10,620 nucleotides of DNA, taken from positions 1 through 10,620 of the forward strand of contig JBGQGY010000122.1 in the NCBI GenBank assembly GCA_041497675.1, written 5' to 3'. This document shows, in pieces, positions 6,132 to 10,620 of the stretch (position 1 is its first letter; each line of letters opens with the position of its first letter). The position numbers were made by a program, and so were the translations under genes. This stretch comes from a bacterium (GTDB lineage: Bacteria; Sysuimicrobiota; Sysuimicrobiia; Sysuimicrobiales; Humicultoraceae). Under the pieces are notes generated by a model. The model saw only the letters and a program-made list of their open reading frames with translations, made no database searches and was not told where the DNA came from.

Positions 6132-6944
6132 TCAGTACAACTGGCCTCGCCAAACCCGCAGGAACCCCAGCCGCCACGAGATGGCTAGGACGAGCGCGTT
6201 GACACCGATCAGCGCCGCGGCGGCGACGAAATCACGGGGTCCCAGCGCCGGACGCCGATAGTAGGTCCGCTGGTTGCCGGGACCCAGACCGCGCGCCTCC
6301 ATGGCGATGGCGACGCGTTCCGCCCTGCGGATCGTTGAGGCGAGCAGCGGCACCGTGTAGCGGAAGATCCTCTGGGACCATCCGGCCACGCCGTGCCCTT
6401 CTCCCACGCCCCGGATGCGCAGGGCACCGCGGATGAGCAGCGATTCGGATGCGAGTATCGGCAGGAATCGAGAGACGGCCAGCATGGCGTACCCGAACCG
6501 GTACGGCACTCGCAGGTGAAGGATGAGGCTCAGGACGAACCGCGATGGCTCCGTCGTCGTGATGAACATCAAGGAGTACGACGCAAAGCAGAGCACGCGC
6601 AGGCCTAGCGACAGCCCGATCATCAGGCTCGATTGAGAGACGGCGACCGGTCCCCATCGCCACCACACGTCCCCCGCCGGGCGGGCAAACAGCACGTTGG
6701 TCCATACCAGGCCGGCGGCCAGCACGAGCGCGGGCACCAGCCCTGCGACCAGCACGCCGAGCGGCACGCGGCCAAAGATCCGGGTCACGAGGAGCGACAC
6801 GACGAGCAGCACAAGCGGCGTGAGCGGATCGAAGATGATTGTCAGCATGAATGACACGATCAGCACGGCGATGGCCTTGAGCGAGGGGTTCCACCGCGCC
6901 AACGGTGACGGCGTCTCGTAATGAGAGAGCACGCGGTCCATCAT
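6132..6944 (-). CDS. ykoC: ECF transporter transmembrane T component (YkoC/CbiQ-like)
   Basis: Hydrophobic N-terminal half, followed by LRVPYRFGY..L...RFLP, IRG and AIAMEARG (conserved Arg motifs). ATG 6944 overlaps the ATPase stop (ATGA). Confidence 0.88.
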   Translation of the reverse strand: MMDRVLSHYETPSPLARWNPSLKAIAVLIVSFMLTIIFDPLTPLVLLVVSLLVTRIFGRVPLGVLVAGLVPALVLAAGLVWTNVLFARPAGDVWWRWGPVAVSQSSLMIGLSLGLRVLCFASYSLMFITTTEPSRFVLSLILHLRVPYRFGYAMLAVSRFLPILASESLLIRGALRIRGVGEGHGVAGWSQRIFRYTVPLLASTIRRAERVAIAMEARGLGPGNQRTYYRRPALGPRDFVAAAALIGVNALVLAISWRLGFLRVWRGQLY

Positions 6945-8587
6945 GATGTGACGCAGCCGGCGCGGCTCAGCGCGTCGCGGCACCGCACCGCAAACGGGAG
7001 TTCCAGCCCCGCCGCCCGCAGGTGGTCGCGATACTGCGGCAGTTCGGCGACGGCCCCCCGGTGGACGATCTGTCCCTCATGCATGATGGCCACCGATCGG
7101 GCGAACTGCCACACGGCCTCCATATCATGCGTGATCATGAGGATGGTGACCCCCTGCTCGTTCAGCTGCACCATGTGCGCCAGCAGATCGTGATTCGTCC
7201 GGGCGTCCTGGCCAAACGTGGGCTCATCCAGTACGACGACGCGGGGTGCCGCGATGAGAACGGTTGCCACACTCAACCGGCGCTTTTCCCCCTGGCTCAG
7301 TTGGTAGGGATGACGATCGGCGGCCGCCGCCAGTCCAAAGCGTCCCAGCATCTCGCGCGCGAGCGCCAGCGATTCCCGGTCGCCCATGCCCCGGACACGC
7401 GGGGTATACCGCACCTCATCGAGGACGCTCTCGGTCACGAACTGGTGCTCGGGATTCTGAAAGACGTACCCGATCAGCCCCGCCACCTCGCGCGCCGGTG
7501 TCTCCGCCATGTCGCCGCCAAGCACGAAGACTCGCCCGGATGGCGGCGGCAGGATCCCCGCCAGATGCAGCGCGAGCGTCGTCTTGCCCGAGCCGTTCGA
7601 CCCCACGAGCGCCAGGAAGTCGCCCTCGGGAACGCTCAGGCTCACCTCGCGCAGCGCGGCCGCACCGCCAGGATACGCGTAACTCAGGTTACGGATGTCG
7701 ATCGCCGCCGGTCCGTCGGGCACCGGATGCCGGGGGACCGGGAGCGCCTGCATGAGCCGCTCGGCGACCGAAGGGCGACTCGTCGCGAGGGCCGTCAGGT
7801 CGTCCAGCGTGAGTGCCTCATCATCCAACGCGGCGGCGCGCACAACGCGTGTCGCGGGCGGCAGCCAGATGCCATGCGCTTCGAGGAGACCAGCGTGCTG
7901 GCCGAACACGGTGCTGGGGTCCCCTTCCACCAGCACCCGTCCATCGGACCCAATCGCCACCACACGTGTCATCAGCGGCACGGCGTGTTCCAGTTTGTGC
8001 TCGATCAACACACAGCCGGGTGGACTCAGGCGCGCGCGCACCGCGAAGAACTCACGCGTCCCCTGCGGATCCAGGTGCGCGGTGGGTTCATCCAGCACCA
8101 GTATCGGTGTCCCCATCGCCAACACCGCGGCCAGCACGAGACGCTGACGGAGCCCGCCCGAGAGACGGTCGGTACGGGAGGCTCGTCGTTGCGCCATCCC
8201 CACCGCGTCGAGCGCCGTCGAAATGCGCGTGTCCATGGCTTCGGGTGGGACGCCCAGGTTCTCCAAGCCAAAGGCAATTTCTTCCTCGACCGTCGACATG
8301 CAGATCTGCGCGTCAGGATCCTGAAACACCACGCCGATGTGGCCCGCCAGAATCGCTGGGAGGGCCGCGCGCGTATCCACGCCGTCCACCATGACCGTGC
8401 CCTCGAGCTCGGCCGGCAGCACATGAGGGATGATCCCGGCCAGGGCCAGGACGAGAGTCGTCTTGCCTGATCCGCTCGGACCGAGCAGGAGGACGCGGTC
8501 GCCCCGATCGAGGGCCAGGGAGACGGCCGAAAGGGCAGGATGGGGCCGGCCCGGGTATCGGACCGTCAGGTCGGTGACGCGCAGCAA
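6941..8587 (-). CDS. ykoD: ECF transporter tandem (double) ABC ATPase, YkoD-like
   Basis: Two nucleotide-binding domains: GPSGSGKT/VFQDPD/LSGG/LVLDEPT/EH and GSNGSGKT/VFQNPEHQ/LSQGEKRR/VVLDEPTFGQD/ITHD. TTG start 1 nt after the S-component stop. Confidence 0.92.
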   Translation of the reverse strand: MLRVTDLTVRYPGRPHPALSAVSLALDRGDRVLLLGPSGSGKTTLVLALAGIIPHVLPAELEGTVMVDGVDTRAALPAILAGHIGVVFQDPDAQICMSTVEEEIAFGLENLGVPPEAMDTRISTALDAVGMAQRRASRTDRLSGGLRQRLVLAAVLAMGTPILVLDEPTAHLDPQGTREFFAVRARLSPPGCVLIEHKLEHAVPLMTRVVAIGSDGRVLVEGDPSTVFGQHAGLLEAHGIWLPPATRVVRAAALDDEALTLDDLTALATSRPSVAERLMQALPVPRHPVPDGPAAIDIRNLSYAYPGGAAALREVSLSVPEGDFLALVGSNGSGKTTLALHLAGILPPPSGRVFVLGGDMAETPAREVAGLIGYVFQNPEHQFVTESVLDEVRYTPRVRGMGDRESLALAREMLGRFGLAAAADRHPYQLSQGEKRRLSVATVLIAAPRVVVLDEPTFGQDARTNHDLLAHMVQLNEQGVTILMITHDMEAVWQFARSVAIMHEGQIVHRGAVAELPQYRDHLRAAGLELPFAVRCRDALSRAGCVTS

Positions 8588-8588
8588 T

Positions 8589-9170
8589 TCAGGGCGTATG
8601 AGACCGGCCGATGGGGAAGTTTGCCAATACGCCGGTCCGCGCCAAGGCCTGCGCCAGGATGTGGGACCCCACGCCGCCCAATACCGCGCCGCTCACCACG
8701 CGCGCACCCAGCAAGACCAGTTGCAGGGCGGGGGCGAGAGCGAAGTAGGCCAGGCGCCACCAGTTCCAGGGGAGCGCCACAACGGCAGCGACGGCTCCGG
8801 CGAGCACCGCGGTCCAGAGCGTATATCGCTTGTAGCGATACAGGGCGAAGACCAGTTCGGCTCCGAGCCCATGCACGAGGCCGGTGACAAGCAGCGGGAT
8901 CCCAACGGGGCTTCCGAAGAGCACCTCTGCCAGCGCGGCCGCGAACTCTCCCAAGATCGCCGCTCCGGGTTTACGTATGATGAGCGCGCTCAGGATGCCA
9001 CCGACGAACCAGAATCCGAACATGAGCTCCTGCGCGACCGGCCCGAACGCGCGTACGGCCAGCCACACGGGAACCCATTGAAGGAAGAGAAATCCGAAGA
9101 CGACGGCGATCGCCCCGAGGACCACAAAGTCTCGCAGCGACCACGGCGCCGTACGCTGCTGCATAGTCAT
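8589..9170 (-). CDS. ykoE: ECF transporter S component, YkoE-type (thiamine/HMP-related)
   Basis: WSLRDFVV...GFWF....LIIRKPGAAILGEFAAALAE...GLGAELVF...LARTGVL. Lies in a TPP-riboswitch operon and has an AAGGAG RBS. Confidence 0.9.
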   Translation of the reverse strand: MTMQQRTAPWSLRDFVVLGAIAVVFGFLFLQWVPVWLAVRAFGPVAQELMFGFWFVGGILSALIIRKPGAAILGEFAAALAEVLFGSPVGIPLLVTGLVHGLGAELVFALYRYKRYTLWTAVLAGAVAAVVALPWNWWRLAYFALAPALQLVLLGARVVSGAVLGGVGSHILAQALARTGVLANFPIGRSHTP

Positions 9171-9424
9171 GACTGGTTCTCCTTTGAGGGACTCCCCTTC
9201 GAAATCGTGGCATGGACGACCACGTGCCCGGCACCGGCCTCGTCAAACGCCGTGCGGATGACGTTGAGCACGTCACCGAGATCCCCATCGAGACGCGTGG
9301 CAAAATGGACCGGGGTGACGGTCACGCGCCCATCAGCCCGGGCGCGCTCGATGCTCCCGTAGATCGCGTCCATATGTGTTTGGCGCCCTAATGGATACAG
9401 GGCAAAGAGACACTCCACCCGCAT
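9167..9424 (-). CDS. ykoF: YkoF-like thiamine/HMP-binding protein, C-terminal repeat as a separate ORF
   Basis: CLFALYPLG...VHFATRLDGD...HVVVHATISKGSPS matches the second repeat of B. subtilis YkoF as I recall it. GAGGGGG lies 10 nt before ATG 9424. Confidence 0.8.
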   Translation of the reverse strand: MRVECLFALYPLGRQTHMDAIYGSIERARADGRVTVTPVHFATRLDGDLGDVLNVIRTAFDEAGAGHVVVHATISKGSPSKENQS

Positions 9425-9446
9425 CGTGTTCGCGCCCCCTCTCGAT

Positions 9447-9728
9447 TTAGTCCATCGGCCGGCCCGTGGGATCACAATAGTCCTCCGGCTCTCCTGGGCA
9501 GCCCCTGGAGAGATGGAGCGTCATCACCACATGGCCGGCGTGTCGCGACGCCGCTTCGAAGGCCGCCTGCACGGCGCCGAGCACCTTCTCTTCTTCTCCG
9601 ATAAACAGCGTACCGAGGCTGTCGGTCTTGACCGTCATCCCGCTGGTGTCGATCGCTCGAACGGCTCCGAGGATCACGTCGACAAAGTTGTCGGTCATCG
9701 GATAGATCGCAAACCGGCATCCGATCAT
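9447..9728 (-). CDS. ykoF: YkoF-like thiamine/HMP-binding protein, N-terminal repeat as a separate ORF
   Basis: GCRFAIYPMTDNFVDVI...DTS...KTD...HVVM...SRGCPGE matches the first repeat of YkoF. GGAGG RBS, and ATG 9728 lies 1 nt after the thiN stop. Confidence 0.82.
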   Translation of the reverse strand: MIGCRFAIYPMTDNFVDVILGAVRAIDTSGMTVKTDSLGTLFIGEEEKVLGAVQAAFEAASRHAGHVVMTLHLSRGCPGEPEDYCDPTGRPMD

Positions 9729-9729
9729 C

Positions 9730-10386
9730 TCACCCTCCAGCCCGCAGGCGCTTGCGCGTATGAACCAAGAGGAGGTCGCCCGCGCCAACCGCTGCCAGGC
9801 CGGCGGGCGTGGCGGCGACCACATTGCTGATGCCGCGGGTGGCGCCGCGTACAAGCGACTCATTCTGCAGCGGATAGCGTAGGCCGACGGTCTTGATCCC
9901 CTCGACGACCGGCGTGAGAGGAATCAGGGACACGATGTCGCCCACGCGGGCGTCCAGGACGACCGGACCGCCGACCAGGCACGCTTCTGTCCGCCCGTCG
10001 ATGAGAGACAGCCTTACGCCCATCTGCCGCGCGAGAAAGACCAGCAGCAGATTGGCCACGGCATGATCGACGCGGCCTCCCAACGCGGCAGCCAGCCAGA
10101 CCTCGGACGCTCCCCGCTGGGCTGCGATCTCGAGCGCAAGCTCCGCATCGGTCTGATCCTTCTCGGGAGGCACCTCGCGCACGTCCGCGCGGCGAGCCTC
10201 CAGGCGGGCCCGGGTCGCCGGGTTCACAGAGTCCATGTCGCCGATGAGTACGTCAGGATCCACGCCCGCACGCGCCGCGACATCGGCGCCCCCGTCGGCG
10301 GCAATGACCAGGTCGGCGGACCGCGCCAGCAGCTGCAGTTGGCGGCGGTATCTACCGGTGCCGTTGGCGACAATGAGGACACGCAC
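9730..10386 (-). CDS. thiN: Thiamine pyrophosphokinase
   Basis: LIVANG, IAADGG, PDVLIGDMDS, EKDQTD.ELAL, LGGRVDH...N, VSLIP, GLRYPL and TRGISN motifs. GTG start at 10386 with GGGAGG upstream. Confidence 0.93.
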   Translation of the reverse strand: MRVLIVANGTGRYRRQLQLLARSADLVIAADGGADVAARAGVDPDVLIGDMDSVNPATRARLEARRADVREVPPEKDQTDAELALEIAAQRGASEVWLAAALGGRVDHAVANLLLVFLARQMGVRLSLIDGRTEACLVGGPVVLDARVGDIVSLIPLTPVVEGIKTVGLRYPLQNESLVRGATRGISNVVAATPAGLAAVGAGDLLLVHTRKRLRAGG

Positions 10387-10413
10387 TCTGGCCCTACCCT
10401 CCCATAAAGCAAT

Positions 10414-10441
10414 CAAGCCACCCATCCAGTCGGGTGGCTTG
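10414..10441 (-). terminator. Riboswitch expression-platform hairpin (putative intrinsic terminator)
   Basis: Perfect 10-bp inverted repeat CAAGCCACCC/GGGTGGCTTG with an 8-nt loop. On the minus strand it is followed by an imperfect U-rich tail, ATTGCTTTAT. Confidence 0.6.
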
Positions 10442-10446
10442 CTCGA

Positions 10447-10555
10447 ACGCTTCCCCACGCCAGTATGACCTGGATCGGGTCGTAGGGGTCTGCGGTCATC
10501 CTGCGCGAGCAGGATTCTGCACTCTCAGCCCAGTCGTCCGGGCTCCCCCAGCCTA
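10447..10555 (-). ncRNA. TPP riboswitch (THI box)
   Basis: Minus strand reads GGGGGAGCCCGG...CTGGGCTGAGAG...[P3a ATCCTGC/GCAGGAT]...GACCCCTACGACCCGATCCAGGTCATACTGGCGTGGGGAAGC. It has the conserved CUGAGA and P4/P5 module and lies upstream of thiamine genes. Confidence 0.95.
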
Positions 10556-10580
10556 CCGTATGCGATTGGACTACCTATGT

Positions 10581-10609
10581 AGTGTACGACGTCGTGCGTC
10601 AGACTTCAA
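10581..10609 (-). promoter_or_regulatory. Sigma70-type promoter of the thiamine operon
   Basis: Minus strand reads TTGAAG (10609-10604), 17 nt, TACACT (10586-10581). This places the transcription start about 20 nt before the riboswitch. Confidence 0.65.
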
Positions 10610-10620
10610 CCAACGTAACC

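Noticed and set aside
7022..9362. Long plus-strand ORFs (7022-8470, 8430-9362 and others)
   Set aside because: They are antisense to the well-supported ykoD, ykoE and ykoF genes and have no family motifs.
10387..10458. N-terminal extension of thiN in the ORF track, and similar extensions for arsR (2902), ykoF-N (9863), ykoC (6983), cyclase (392) and lysE (5049)
   Set aside because: These extensions run through riboswitch or promoter sequence or through neighbouring genes. The downstream starts have better SD, coupling or promoter support and match the family N-termini.
1..10620. CRISPR arrays, tRNA/rRNA, transposases, integrases and terminal repeats
   Set aside because: I saw no regularly spaced repeats, structural RNA signatures other than the TPP riboswitch, or recombinase motifs by eye.

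Overview
High-GC bacterial window with three blocks. (1) 1-1927, + strand: the 3' end of a translationally coupled operon with a truncated upstream ORF, a cupin, a KynB-like cyclase-family metallohydrolase and two more cupins. The first and last cupins are paralogs sharing a WPG...VGGPCPPD signature, and the pathway is unknown. (2) 1920-6126: a partly lower-GC patch of small accessory genes: SRPBCC plus ArsR with a consensus leaderless promoter, a VOC/glyoxalase, two tandem RibD_C/DHFR-like genes, an HhH-GPD-like protein, LysE and DUF1428. Two spacers hold tiny ORFs with strong Shine-Dalgarno sites. (3) 6132-10609, - strand: a TPP-riboswitch-controlled thiamine salvage operon in the order promoter, TPP riboswitch, hairpin, thiN, ykoF (split into two ORFs), ykoE, ykoD, ykoC. 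No mobile element, CRISPR array, tRNA or rRNA is evident. All protein calls come from motif recognition by eye, with no database search.
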